A stretch of DNA of 61,603 nt, the filler included, from Globobulimina sp. (Eukaryota): the NCBI GenBank assembly GCA_003354225.1. It is 25 parts of 25 records of this genome, joined end to end, with 100 filler letters (N's around TTAATTAATTAA, not from the genome) between each part and the next. Parts side by side here need not be neighbours in the genome. Positions count along the whole stretch, not along the records: positions 34,574 to 36,940 come from PIVH01007110.1; positions 37,041 to 39,407 come from PIVH01007111.1; positions 39,508 to 41,874 come from PIVH01007112.1; positions 41,975 to 44,341 come from PIVH01007113.1; positions 44,442 to 46,808 come from PIVH01007114.1; positions 46,909 to 49,274 come from PIVH01007115.1; 19 more parts are not named here. One strand, 5' to 3'. The notes beneath the pieces are model-generated. The model had not been told where the DNA came from. It saw only the letters and a program-made list of their open reading frames with translations, and did no database searches. Positions 34,628 to 47,184 of this stretch are shown here, in pieces (positions within the stretch are counted from its first letter, which is position 1; every line of letters starts with the position of its first letter). A program made the position numbers and the translations under genes.

Positions 34628-36940
34628 TATAAAGCTTACACAGTGTCGCAGGACATAGTTTATGCGATGTATATGTATGAATGGAGCAATGAGACTATAA
34701 TTGGCTCGTATTCTACATCGGATGATGAGTGTATGATATTTGTGTTTAATGGCAGCTGTGGCACAGAATATACATATTCACAAAATGAAAAACAGCGCAA
34801 TGCAGTGAGTGCAAATGTGGGCTCTTGCGGCTTTATCCCATCTCAACGACCGTGGTATGACAAAGCTAATGAGCTTGGGGCCGATGGTATGGGTTTTACC
34901 GAACCATATCTATTTCGCGAGAATGAGATTGGAATGAGTTTAGTGCGCAACTTATTGTATAATGGCGTGGAGGTTACGTTTATTGTCGAGTTTACTACAA
35001 ATACATTACAAAATGTATTTAGTTCGTTTGGCAGTGTTATTGGTGGGATTACGTATTTAGTGACACCCGGAGGCTCTGTCATTGCTTCTGATATTGGACA
35101 GGTTGACTGTGTGGATGCCACTATTCCAGATTGCAGCGCTGATGATGACTTATTAGCAAATTCGGTGCAAGAATTGCGGAAAGATTTAGCCGCGATGCAG
35201 GACGGCAATTATTCTGCAAACGTGATGACTGCAAATGATTTTGAAATGATAGCGTATTCGTTTACGGTATGTAAATCTCATTTTATATCATGTACCAATA
35301 TAATTTACATTTATATATAAGACTGTATGGTTAAATACTGATATCACAGAATATGCAACGATTGTTGTAGCATATAACAATGCATATTTATCCGACATTG
35401 CCTCTGCAGAATTTTGGACCATGGCCGTGTATATATTTTTTACGTTAACAATATGTATTTATCTATGCATTTTAGCTCAATGCAAGCAGAAAAACGACGC
35501 CTTTGAAGAAAAACAGCTGGAAATGTTAATTAAACAATCCTCAGCCTCTAAACCGGAAAACAATACATCTAAATTATTGGAGCGGATTTATGATTATTCG
35601 ACGGTCAGCAGATGTTCTACGTGGTGGACACTGTTGACATTTGTATTGGTGTACATACTCTGGGAAAGGAATGTTGATCCAAATTGGAAGGAAACCATTG
35701 ATGTATTTAAAAAAGAAGAATATATGATTGTGCAGGATAAAGTTATTAGTTATATCCACGTCGCTCAATCTATGGCAGACATCGTAGAGCAAAGATTCCA
35801 GCGCGGCGATTTTTTCTTGAATGGAGCAGATATCCCATTGCAAGCAGACGTATTTATGGCGAATATTATGGAATCATTTAAAGGCGTATATAATGAATAT
35901 TATTCAAGTATGGTTTACGTAGCAGCGCCAGACGGCAAATTTATTGGTGCTCGCATCGAAAGTGATGCAAATATCAGTGCTATATACGGCAATTCATTGC
36001 GTATCACTGTTCGCGATAATTCTACGGATTGGATCAGGAGAGATTTTGCCGCAAATCCGCAGACTTTGCAACGAGCCAATGTTTCAAATCCAATCCAAAC
36101 ACTCGGAACTTATGACCCGCGGTGCAGAGAATGGTATAAGTTATCATTGCAATATATGTTCGATGGTCCCATCTCTTTAGCATTTGGCGAGTACAGTACT
36201 TTCGAGGCATTTTATGTGGCACACGATGTAGATTCTGGACTGAGTTCAGAGTGCATTGACGCTGTGCAATTTTATACAGAGATATGGAATGTTTCCAATG
36301 TGAGCAATGGAGCCAGCTCTGAGACTAACACCGTGTTTAAAAATAATGTGCAATCCGCAAATGAATCATATAATATGCTGTGGACGCAATATTTATTTGC
36401 TTCGGAAGCAACGATTGGATTAACTGCAATGAAAGCAATTTTGAATTCGAGTACAGGTGAATTATTAGCTGTGGTTGCTATTGATCTCACTATGATATTA
36501 TGATAACTACACATCCTAACTATTTGATGCGTGTCATGTCTCAGGAAATCAGCCATAAATACTTCATCCAGTCTGACACAGTTACATTTATCGCTGGATT
36601 TGCCGGATGCGTTCAGTGGGAGAATTATGACTTATCCGCACAACCACAATCCGGTCGAACTGGATTTTATTTTTGTGATTGTGATGGATATCGGCAGTAT
36701 TAAAATTGCAGAAGAAGACCCAACCAATCAGCACAATATTGTGGTTCGCAGGCTGTGCGTCAGCAATTTGTTGGTGCTGTACTCCATAACAATATGCCTT
36801 TCTATTTTAAAATACCATATGCTAACATTTGTGTCTGCTGACTATGATTTCGTTTGTGTTGACTGTGTTTGGTTGTTCGTTCCTTTTTGTTTACAAAAGG
36901 TCACAAAATCGTACCGTTTCTGTGGAAAGAGCCATTTAGT
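34628..36940 (+). CDS. Membrane receptor-like protein with two Cache-type sensor domains (intron 35267-35321; further splicing near 36495-36544 unresolved)
   Basis: QRPWY..FTEPYLF, a TM pair, then VYVAAPDGKFIG..YDPRCREWY..YLFAS..IGLTA..GELLAVVAIDLT, typical of dCache_1. Confidence 0.7.
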
Positions 36941-37040
36941 NNNNNNNNNNNNNNNNNNNNNNNNNNNNNNNNNNNNNNNNNNNNTTAATTAATTAANNNN
37001 NNNNNNNNNNNNNNNNNNNNNNNNNNNNNNNNNNNNNNNN

Positions 37041-37359
37041 TGGCCCAAGGTGTTGTCAATGGTATTGTTTAGCACTTGAATGTTTATTAAAAAATCATAA
37101 CAAAAATAAGGATGAAAAAAACTTTGCGCAATGCATTGAACAAAATACTGATTTTGAAATATTGCAATCGATCAGTTTCGATAATGAAATATATCAAAAT
37201 TTGTTGAATCAAAATGTGTTGTTACTCAAAGGAGGGTTTAGACATTGGCTCAATAAATATAAGGATGATAATAAATATGTCGAGGATTTTGCAATGGAAT
37301 ATTGGCAATATGAAAAGGTTGGTGGTAAAAGAGAATTATATCATAAAACTGATTGGTAA
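37041..37359 (+). CDS. Rhodanese/Cdc25-like phosphatase or arsenate reductase, C-terminal fragment
   Basis: GPRCC at the contig start; VLLLKGGFRHW..Y.D...VEDF...YW. Confidence 0.65.
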
Positions 37360-37432
37360 CACTGCTATGTATATTAAAAAAAGTGTTTTTGTCTGATTCA
37401 CAAAACTTCACTTGAGCGGTAACTGCAATACC

Positions 37433-39088
37433 ATGCTAGCTAAACTATACCAACAATCTACGAGATTGATAACACTGTCAACAAAAAAAGCCAAATTGCA
37501 CTATATATACCGACAAAAACTGGTCATTTCGTCAAGTGTTAAATCCAAACGAAAACGACCATATTCAACAACAAAAGACTCTGCAGACACTAAAGAGAAT
37601 GATAATAAAACTAATGATAGCTCAGATACCTCAGATACACCAAGCAGAACTTTTGTAGCCAACCCGAATGCAATGATCGTAGAACGCGAGAACTGGGTCG
37701 AATCTATGACCCCCAAGAAAATAGTTGAAAAACTAGACCGATATATCATTGGCCAGGACAAGGCCAAACGCGCAGTCTCTGTCTCTTTGCGTAACCGTTG
37801 GCGCAGACAACAGTTAAACGACGACCTGAAGAAAGAAGTGATGCCAATGAACATCTTAATGATGGGGCCAACCGGCACCGGCAAGACAGAGATTGCCCGC
37901 CGCTTAGCTCAAATGGTGGATGGTTTGTTGCTTACTGTATATTCCAGAATTTTCTCCCCATTCCATACATAATTCCATATCAATTTAGCGCCATTCATCA
38001 AATGCGAAGCCACCAAGTACACTGAAGTCGGCATTGTAGGGCAATCCGCGGACGAATCCGTCAAAGATTTAGTGGATAAATCCATAAAAATGGAGCGAGA
38101 TAAGAAAGTCGAACAATTGAAGTCCGAATTGGATGAGAAAGTGGAACATCACATCTTAGCGCGTATACCCGGCTCCACTGCGGATTTAGACGGCTTTCGT
38201 AAGAAATTACGTGACGGCGAATTCGATAACACCAAGATCGAAGTGGCCAGTTTTCGCATTGATATGCCGGCTATGAACCCATTTTTTGGTAAAAGTGGAA
38301 AGAGTATGCCGCAAATCATAAACATCGCGGGTTTAATGGGTGGCGCATCTAATCGGGCCCCGGTCTCTGACCATGACAAGAAAAAAGACCGTGTGCCTAT
38401 ATCCGAGGCAAAAGAGATTATTCGTAATTTTGAATTGAACAAATCTTTGGATCAACAGGACATACAACGATGCGGTATCCGGCGCGCAGAAGAGAGTGGT
38501 ATCATTTTTCTGGATGAAATTGACAAATTATGCAGCGACCACAGCAGTATGCGGGGCTCTTATGGCGGCGTGAAAGGGGAAGGAGTGCAGAAGGAATTGT
38601 TGGGTTTGATCGAAGGAACGAGTGTAGGGACAGACTATGGTTTGGTGCATACGGATCATATGTTGTTTATAGCAGCGGGCGCCTTTCATTCCGCAAATCC
38701 GTCCGATTTATTGCCGGAATTGCAAGGCCGATTACCGATTCGTGTGGAATTGGAGGCGTTGTCGCAAAATGATTTCATTAAGATATTGACGCAAACGGAT
38801 TGTAATCTGATCCAGCAACAGAAGGCATTGTTTGGCGCAGAAGGCGTGGATTTGGAATTTACGGAGGATGCGATTGAAGAGATTGCGAGAATGAGCAAGA
38901 GTTTGAATGAAAGTGTGGATAATATTGGCGCGAGAAGATTGAGGGCGGTGATTTCCAAATTGATTGAACAGATTTCATTTAATGCGCCGGATATGCGAGG
39001 AGAAGTCATTCGTATTGATCGCGAATTTGTGCTTAAAGAATTGGCGGATATTGTTAAATCGGAAGATCTCTCAAAGTATATTTTGTAA
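37433..39088 (+). CDS. hslU: Mitochondrial HslU (ClpY) AAA+ ATPase, 2 exons (intron 37923-37988)
   Basis: [67 protein letters not shown] and C-terminal DLSKYIL. Basic Ser/Thr-rich N-terminal extension. Confidence 0.95.
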
Positions 39089-39659
39089 AAGTTGTGCAAT
39101 GTTGTACTGCTGACGTGTTTTGTAATTCACTTGTTTCATTGTCGTAATCATGTGAATTATTATAATTCACTAAAAACTGGTTGACATTTCTCGTAAATAT
39201 CGTACTTCTTTTGACAAGATTGCAGCAACAAAAATATGGACAAAAGGGACGAAATAAATTTATTCTCGAAATTTCAGTACGATTGAAACACGTGGTCTTA
39301 TATAAACCAACTAAACAAACACATTTAATGAATGAACAATATTTCACTCATTGAATGATATTACACACAATACACAGCATCACTAGTTATTTTTGAAAAT
39401 GACAAGANNNNNNNNNNNNNNNNNNNNNNNNNNNNNNNNNNNNNNNNNNNNTTAATTAATTAANNNNNNNNNNNNNNNNNNNNNNNNNNNNNNNNNNNNN
39501 NNNNNNNTAGGTTGTTGTATTGGTGTTCCTATAACACATTTTTGTTCGACTTCAACTGCCCTCATCTGTTGTCAAGATTAATATTGCAAAAAAAACTTAA
39601 AGTTAACAGTCAACATAAACTCCATCCTTTCCATCCGTTCAAATACAGAACCATATCAT

Positions 39660-40253
39660 ATGCAAAACATGTGGTTGATTAGTTTGTTATTATTGAGCAA
39701 AATAGCCTACGCTACTGATTGTGATGTAACAAGATACGACCTCACGCAATGTATGGATACTGTATCGCAATGTAAATCGCACCAAGTATGTAGCAAAAGA
39801 GTATCAGCGGATGACAACCAGTGGGAAGCCTTAACAGGTGATGAAGAATGTGAATTCCAGTGCAAATGTTATTGTTTAGAAATTGTAACTGATGTTATCC
39901 CCACAGCGCCCACTTTACCAGTGACACCACAAGGCAGTGAAGGCAGTGCCTCGCATAGTACAACAGCTAGAAATGATACAATTAATGGTGATGGTGATGG
40001 TGAGATATATTTATATGCATCAGATGATAAATCTATATCAGACATTAAAATAATGGTACAAAATATATGGATATTAATTATAACCGTTGTATTTGTAAAT
40101 ATTCTTGTTTTATTAACTTGGTGTTATTGTAAAAGATGGACAAAAGGTGGCAGTCATACTAAATCTCATTCGTATGTACCTACGGAAATGGAAGAAGAAG
40201 ATGAGAGTGTGCAGGATGTTGATGTTTCTTCTACTCACAGCACTGGTAATTGA
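39660..40253 (+). CDS. Type I single-pass membrane protein with small Cys-rich ectodomain
   Basis: Signal peptide, Cys cluster, Pro/Thr stalk, TM and acidic tail. Confidence 0.7.
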   Translation: MQNMWLISLLLLSKIAYATDCDVTRYDLTQCMDTVSQCKSHQVCSKRVSADDNQWEALTGDEECEFQCKCYCLEIVTDVIPTAPTLPVTPQGSEGSASHSTTARNDTINGDGDGEIYLYASDDKSISDIKIMVQNIWILIITVVFVNILVLLTWCYCKRWTKGGSHTKSHSYVPTEMEEEDESVQDVDVSSTHSTGN

Positions 40254-40547
40254 TACTTTCAATGTATTTGAGTAAAATTTAATTCATTTTTTCATACTTA
40301 TTTATATTTCTCTTTTTTTTCTTTCGTGTGTTTTTTCTTGTTTTTGTTTTTCTGTGTATTATTTTTCTAATTTAATTTAACCATAGTTTTTAGCAAATTG
40401 TTTTGAAAAAAAGTGAATACGTACAGATTAAATAAATACTTTAATACGCTTCTACGAACATAAAGCGTCGGATTTTGCCTTGCATTAATCTTATATCATG
40501 GGTACTGTATACTTTTTTTTTCCGTTTTCTGATAAACAATATTAATA

Positions 40548-41231
40548 ATGGTAGATATTTGGATATTTAATAGCATCGTATGTGTTGGATCCTTGTCAGA
40601 TATTTTGAGATTTAGAGAATATCTATTATTTGAAAACTGCGGTATAAAGAATCCATTGACAATCAATGCATGGATTTATGTACCAAAAACAATTGAAATA
40701 AATAAGCACAATATGACAGAATTGGTCACGGCAAAGAAATTTATCTTTTTGATGGAATTAAAAAAACGATCAGATTTTGGATATTGCTGCTTTGCAAATA
40801 GATTATTCTCAGAATGTATATTTATTCTTCGTGTAAGTTGTGATTGGGATACTGAACAAAGCAATCATTTCACACAAATGCAAATATGGCGAAATGCTCA
40901 AAATATATTTGCCAAGGAAACAATTAAAATTGAGTCACACGATAATGATATTATTAGTGACTATCAGTGGTTATTGCGATATTATGATGTTTGGAGAAGT
41001 CACAAAAAAGGTCCTCAAAATGATAAATATATTTGTTATAAAACCATTTATGAATCGAAAGATAAAATTGAAACAAAGCGTGATGGCATCATTGCAGAGA
41101 CATATCATATTTCATTGAAGCTGCTATGGATTCATTATATTTGCAATGTTTTATGTAAAGAAAACGGCGAAACGTATTCCATCTTTGTTGTAATAGATAT
41201 AATCGCTGATTTTCTTTGTGAATACCAATAA
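40548..41231 (+). CDS. Hypothetical protein
   Basis: 227-codon ORF. No motif recognised. Confidence 0.45.
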   Translation: MVDIWIFNSIVCVGSLSDILRFREYLLFENCGIKNPLTINAWIYVPKTIEINKHNMTELVTAKKFIFLMELKKRSDFGYCCFANRLFSECIFILRVSCDWDTEQSNHFTQMQIWRNAQNIFAKETIKIESHDNDIISDYQWLLRYYDVWRSHKKGPQNDKYICYKTIYESKDKIETKRDGIIAETYHISLKLLWIHYICNVLCKENGETYSIFVVIDIIADFLCEYQ

Positions 41232-41367
41232 AAAAATACTTTGTACATATTTATGGTTTTGTAAATAACAGACACAAGTCCGTCTGAAGACATTTACAGA
41301 AACGTTTCCGTATCACCCTTTCAAATTCGAAAACTGTCAGCTCAAAACAAAGTGTATATACTGCAAC

Positions 41368-41862
41368 ATGGGCGCTTGTTGTGACAGTGAACAGTCTGCT
41401 AATATTGAAAAGGAGATAGTTTTATCCAAAACACCAGAAACAAGCAAACCTCAAACAGACGATAATAAAATATACGGAAACACCGAAACAGGCACAACTG
41501 AGCAACCACAAAAAGAGCCACCAAAAAAGGAGGAGACTGTAAGCAATAAAAATGCTAAAAATTGCCCAGGAAAACACGGATTAACACAATTTACAACACC
41601 ACGCTCCGGATATCGCTGCGATGGGTGTCGTACCAGCATACCATCAGCGACCACAATGTATGGCTGTCGTACCTGTGATTATGATTTATGTGCGGAGTGT
41701 TATACTGGCACTAAAACCGCACCGCCTGCGTCTACAAAAACATCTGTACCGCCCACAAAAATACCAGAGCCGCAACCCGGTGCCAATAACGTCGAGGAAA
41801 AAGAAGCACCGCCAATTGCAACCCTTGAAATCGCAGAGAAAAAAGAAGCTCTGACGCATTAA
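41368..41862 (+). CDS. Putatively acylated (MGACC) protein with ZZ-like zinc finger
   Basis: N-myristoylation/palmitoylation-like start; CPGKHGL..CDGC..MYGCRTCDYDLCAEC. Confidence 0.7.
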   Translation: MGACCDSEQSANIEKEIVLSKTPETSKPQTDDNKIYGNTETGTTEQPQKEPPKKEETVSNKNAKNCPGKHGLTQFTTPRSGYRCDGCRTSIPSATTMYGCRTCDYDLCAECYTGTKTAPPASTKTSVPPTKIPEPQPGANNVEEKEAPPIATLEIAEKKEALTH

Positions 41863-42425
41863 GCGCCGGTGGCANNNNNNNNNNNNNNNNNNNNNNNNNN
41901 NNNNNNNNNNNNNNNNNNTTAATTAATTAANNNNNNNNNNNNNNNNNNNNNNNNNNNNNNNNNNNNNNNNNNNNTTATCATATTTAAGTCCGTCAATATA
42001 TCATCTAATTCTATTCAATTTCTCTAATAACACCATTCCAATCCATCTAATCGTGCTTCGACTCTTTTATTTTGTATCTGTTTCTGTTTCTGTTCATGTT
42101 CATAAAATATTGTCAGTCACATCACCACCGTTTTCAAAGACACTTGGATTTAATGATTGAATAATGTTTGACAGAAAGGAACCATTCAACCCGCCATGAT
42201 TTATTGTGCCTTTATTGAATATACATTTATGTGTTTGAAGTACATTTGCTTCTAATAAACAGAATGATGTCCTCCTTTTTGTTTTGATGGTAAACCATTT
42301 AGATATATTTCTATATTATATAATTATGGGCTGGAAAATGAATTCGTTGACAATATCTGGATCATCAATTTCCCCACTCAAAAAACATCCACTTCACACT
42401 CTCACATTTTCTTTTTGCAAGCAAG

Positions 42426-44102
42426 ATGATGGGTGTCTGTGGTGCTAAGGATGTCAATACATTCCGCAATTCATCACATTATCGCCTACCAAACGTATCA
42501 AATATAACATACGAAGGTTTATTCAACGAGTACATGTTTGACACCAAAACAAACAAAAAAAACGAAGACGAAAAAGAATACGACGAAAAAGATCAATTAA
42601 TAGTACCAACATATTGTTATTCTAAAACTAAAAAACCCAAATCATTGATTAAAGCGCAAAGATTATCAGCACACAATAACGAGACCACTCTGAAAGGTGT
42701 CGACGATGATACATTTGAATATTTTATGACGGTGGGACTGAATGAGAACTTTGATGTGAATACGTTTGAAAGAAATAATTTGAACTTAATAATATGCGTT
42801 GATCACAGTGGTTCAATGTCTATGCCATTTTATAAAAGCAGCGACGACGATGCTTCCCAAAGAGCAAAAAATAAAATGCAAATTGCAAACGAATCGATAA
42901 TTGCGTTGCTATCACATTTAAGCAACAATGATCGAATTGGAATCATTAAATTCATTCAATATTTTACTGTGATTCAAGAATTAGAGCTTGTCAAAAATAT
43001 CAATATGAAAAAACTAAAAAAGAAAATATTAGCCATAGAAGCCGGCGGCGATGAAGATTTGGGCAAAGTTTATAAGCGATCCGTTGAAATGTTTGAAAAC
43101 GTTTTTGATGAAAAAAAAACTGCGGACAAAGGCGGCAAAGATAAAAAGAAACATAAATATTCGAACAGGATTATATTCCTCACCGTATGTAAATATATCG
43201 CAAATAGAAACATTTTGCTATTTTGAATAATGTACAGGATGCTAACATAGTGTGTTGCATTTATATTGAATGAGGAATACACATATTTGAGTATGTTTTT
43301 ATTCATTCAGACAGCGGGTGATACAAATCCAAATTCGTTGTGTGGAATGATGAAGAAATACAGCGATCGGAAAGAAAATCAAATATGTACAACATTTGTA
43401 GGAGTTGGGCAAGATTTTAATACAGATTTTATGAACATTGTAACCAAAACAAAGGGCGGTAATTATTACAGTGTCCATTCAAGCAAAGAATTTATGAAAA
43501 CTATGGATGATGAGTTTATTTTTATGGTTAGCCCGCTGGCCAATGATTTTAAATTGACTTTGTTGGCTGAGGGTAATTCGTGTTGTATTGCTGCGGTGTT
43601 TGGTTCTGGCGATGACGAGAAAGCTGTGTTGAATGACGGGGAAGTTATGAATGTTCAAAGTGTTTTTCCATCGCCGCACGACGAGAAGGATGAAATTCGA
43701 GGCGGTGTGGTTTTGTTGCAAATGAAAACGGATAAAAAAGCTAAAAATGGGATTGCTTACAATATGGAAACAAATGTGGTTTATGTAGGTGTTGATGGCA
43801 AAGAATATGAAATTAATGATACGATACAATTTGGCGGTGCTTCCCTGGATAATATTAATAAAGCGGAGAATGACTATTTTGATAATAATGGGATTCGGAA
43901 AAGCATTTTGTTGGTTCGCTATGTTCAATTATTGAAAGAATGGCAAAAATACGAAAAAAAGCAAATGAACAAAGTCAGTGATGAGTATAAGGAAATATTC
44001 AAGGAATTTAAACAATATTTTTTGAGCGAAATGAAAGAAATTGGCGATGCAAAATTGGATCGGGAACTTAAAATTTTGAATCAATTTATTCAGTGGAAAT
44101 AA
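42426..44102 (+). CDS. VWA-domain protein of prokaryote-like type, 3 exons including a 12-nt micro-exon (43238-43249)
   Basis: GAKDVNTFR..LP..ITYEGLF.EY.FDT, LNLIICVDHSGSM, RIIFLT|DANI|TAGD, TTFVGVGQDFN and GIRKSILLVRY. Introns 43185-43237 and 43250-43310. Confidence 0.85.
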
Positions 44103-44441
44103 TCCATTTTTTCTGTGTTTCTTTGGTTTCTTTCTCTTTTTTATTACTTGTAAGTTGTAATGCTTCTTCTGATGATGAGTGATATCGATATGCATTTTCT
44201 GCTTCTGTGTTGGATATGATTCAACTAAAAAAAACTTACTACTTAGTACTTACTTTTTGTCCAAAGCATTAGACTCCTGCTAACTAAGTTTTTCTTAAGA
44301 CCTATAACTCTTCAAGTTAAATACATGGCACTTCCGCTTTANNNNNNNNNNNNNNNNNNNNNNNNNNNNNNNNNNNNNNNNNNNNTTAATTAATTAANNN
44401 NNNNNNNNNNNNNNNNNNNNNNNNNNNNNNNNNNNNNNNNN

Positions 44442-45384
44442 TAAAATGAATGAGTAAAAAAGTAACATTTGCATATTTTAAACAAAATGGCTTTAATTGT
44501 GTCCAGTTTATATGTCCATCATTTTCTAATTGTTTGAATGACCGATCTTTATCGAATAAAAAAGTACATTCAATGATTATAATGGGATAGTTTAATATCA
44601 TCGGCGTTGTCGTAAATATATTAATATTCGTATCACCAACATAAACAAATAACGGTAAATAATATTCTTCCATTATGTCAATACCATTTTTCCTTAATTC
44701 TAATATTGTATTTTTATGTGTTTTAAAATTCAACTCTTTATATTTTTGTTTTTTTCTTCGTCGTTTTTCATCAAACATATAACCTAAACAAGGAACAGCA
44801 TGATGACATTTAAAACATTTGGCTCTATATTTATCACCATTCAATTTATTATTTTTAGGTCCGAAGCATTTATAATCGCCATCATCACAGCCATTGATAG
44901 TAAAACTCCACTCAGGTTTGAGAGGTAATATTGTATTACAATTTAATTGGACAAATGTTTTACAATAATCTGAAATGTGCTTTACAATCTGTTTTGGACA
45001 ATATATGGTCATACCACTTCTATGTGTTGTCATATATGCGATATCCATCGAATGATCAAAATGTCCATGAGTTAAAAATAAATTATTTTGTAATCTGCCT
45101 CGACAATATCCGCCATCTAATGCAAGTTTTAATTGAGGAACACAAAAAAATGTTTTATCTGCAGATCTTGAATAACCAATCAACGTAAAATTAAAACTTT
45201 TCATTTTCCACGCTCTAAATGTTCGAATTGGTTGCCTCTCAATGGCGATCGGTATAGTTATGCTTGAATTGCATTTTCTTTCCTCATCATTGAAATGCTG
45301 CAACAAAAAATCAAGTATTTGTGTAGCATGATTCATAAAAAGAAGAGAAGTTTTTTTGAAACAATATATCCTTGCACAGTGCAT
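44442..45384 (-). CDS. Metallo-beta-lactamase-fold nuclease, short RNase Z-like; 3'-truncated
   Basis: FLTHGHFDH, HAVPCLGY, YVGDT, IECTF, GHINW and LIHF. Confidence 0.85.
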
Positions 45385-45469
45385 GAATGTTTCTGTGAAA
45401 ACGCTTTACAAAAATAAAATGCATATAATTTAATTAGTTAATACTTATATATATCATGTCAGTATTTAT

Positions 45470-46684
45470 TTATCTTGGAATAGGATAGGAAGGTTCACGT
45501 AATAGGCCACACTCTCCGTGATCGCCATTCTTCCCGCATTGCTTACAAATGCGAATATAGCCACTTTCTCCCCATGAGGCACCCCACGAATTTTTAACTT
45601 TCCAATATTTCTCACTTCCGGTATTATCATAGCCCACTGCTAAGACGCCATGATCTAATATTATGCCACAACGACCATCCACAATGCCGGATTTATATAA
45701 TTGCCACGTAGTACCCATTGCATCCACAGCGATAGAAACCGGCCCAGCAGCCACTGCCGTCTCTAAATCTAAATAACTATCTGGTTTAACATCAGTATAC
45801 GAGGTAATTGGATCATATTTCGTGCCACAGGTCGATGATTTACAGCTACCATCTTTGCCCGTATATCTATACTCAGATTCCGAGCATAAACCGCCGTTTT
45901 TTTGCACATATTCGAATGCACTGTCCATTAATCCACCATTACAGCCTTGGTTTCCTTGCGCTTTCGAACAATCAACCAATTCTTGCTCAGATAGAGTCGT
46001 TATCGACGCACCAGTCTGTCCCTTGGCGATTGCTGTTCGTGACTCCAAGGAGCCGGTGGTTGAAAATGCCCAACATGAACCTTACAAAAATATATAATAA
46101 ATATATGTGCGATTTTGCGATGTGCGATTTTGCGTATACTACAATTAAAACATACCACATTGTCCTTGATTTTTGACGGGTGTCACATATGAGGCTCCAT
46201 TGTGATTTGTCCAATCAATTTTGTCAGGATTGGCGCGTACAGTGGAGCCCAATGAAGGGGTTTTATCGAATTTATATTTTGGTTTTGGTTTTTTTGAGTC
46301 AACGCAGCTGTTCATATGACCATGAATGAAATATTGAAATTCAGACACACTTAAATCAGCAAATTGATTCACTCCCAATGTATAATTAAAACCGGCCTGA
46401 TTATGCTCGTTGACAAATTCCCAATTTTCTAACCATTGTAAGAAACGATACGCTTCTTCCTGTAAATCGCCATAGGTTTTACCAAATTCTGCTTTCCAAT
46501 TATTCCACGAAACGGTATGATCTAAATCCTCCCAATCGTATCTATGTATTATTATAATTTTTAAAGGTATATATAAATAAGGTCTGTCATACGTTATTTC
46601 TTCTTTCCATGCTAATTCTTGACGTAATGCGCTGTATGGGTTACCATAACTCACTCCTAATAATAATGCTGCTATTGCTATCAT
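45470..46684 (-). CDS. Papain-family (C1A) cysteine protease, cathepsin L-like, 3 exons (introns 46542-46592, 46081-46155)
   Basis: Signal peptide, I29 prodomain (ERFNIN-like, GVNQFAD), VKNQGQCG|SCWAFS, LDHGVLAVGY and VKNSWGASWG. Confidence 0.95.
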
Positions 46685-46996
46685 GGTGCTCGAGAGGAAA
46701 AAGTGAGGTTTTTGTTTGAAGAATAAAAAAAAAAAAGAAAATCATAAAACATAAATCAAATATGAAAAAAATTAAATATTTTACAATAATTTTTTTAATA
46801 TTTCGATTNNNNNNNNNNNNNNNNNNNNNNNNNNNNNNNNNNNNNNNNNNNNTTAATTAATTAANNNNNNNNNNNNNNNNNNNNNNNNNNNNNNNNNNNN
46901 NNNNNNNNTTATCCTCATATTATTACACTGTTTATAGTTAATAATAGTCATCAAAATACTGTGCATTTGATGTGTGATATTGTAATATTGCTAAAC

Positions 46997-47140
46997 TGTA
47001 TGTGCCTCATTGATCACTTCCAAATGTGTCGGCTCAAATTGTTTGTTTAGAATATCTTCAATCACACTAATTTTGTCGCTCCCTTTTGGTTTGGCTTCTT
47101 TTTCTATTGTTATCTCCTCCTTTTTTGCTTCTTGTGCCAT
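46997..47140 (-). CDS. BolA-like protein, first exon
   Basis: IEDILNKQFEPTHLEVINEAH followed by a GT donor. Confidence 0.75.
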
Positions 47141-47184
47141 TATTATTTTTAATTTTTTCAATAAAAAATATTCGTAAGCTGATA

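Noticed and set aside
37433-39088. hslU as bacterial contamination
   Set aside because: It has a spliceosomal intron and an N-terminal targeting-like extension. Mitochondrial HslU is known in protists.
46542-46592. Hydrophobic insertion YDRPYLYIPLKIIIIHR in the cathepsin prodomain
   Set aside because: It is better explained as a 51-nt in-frame, stop-free GTATGA..ATAG intron.
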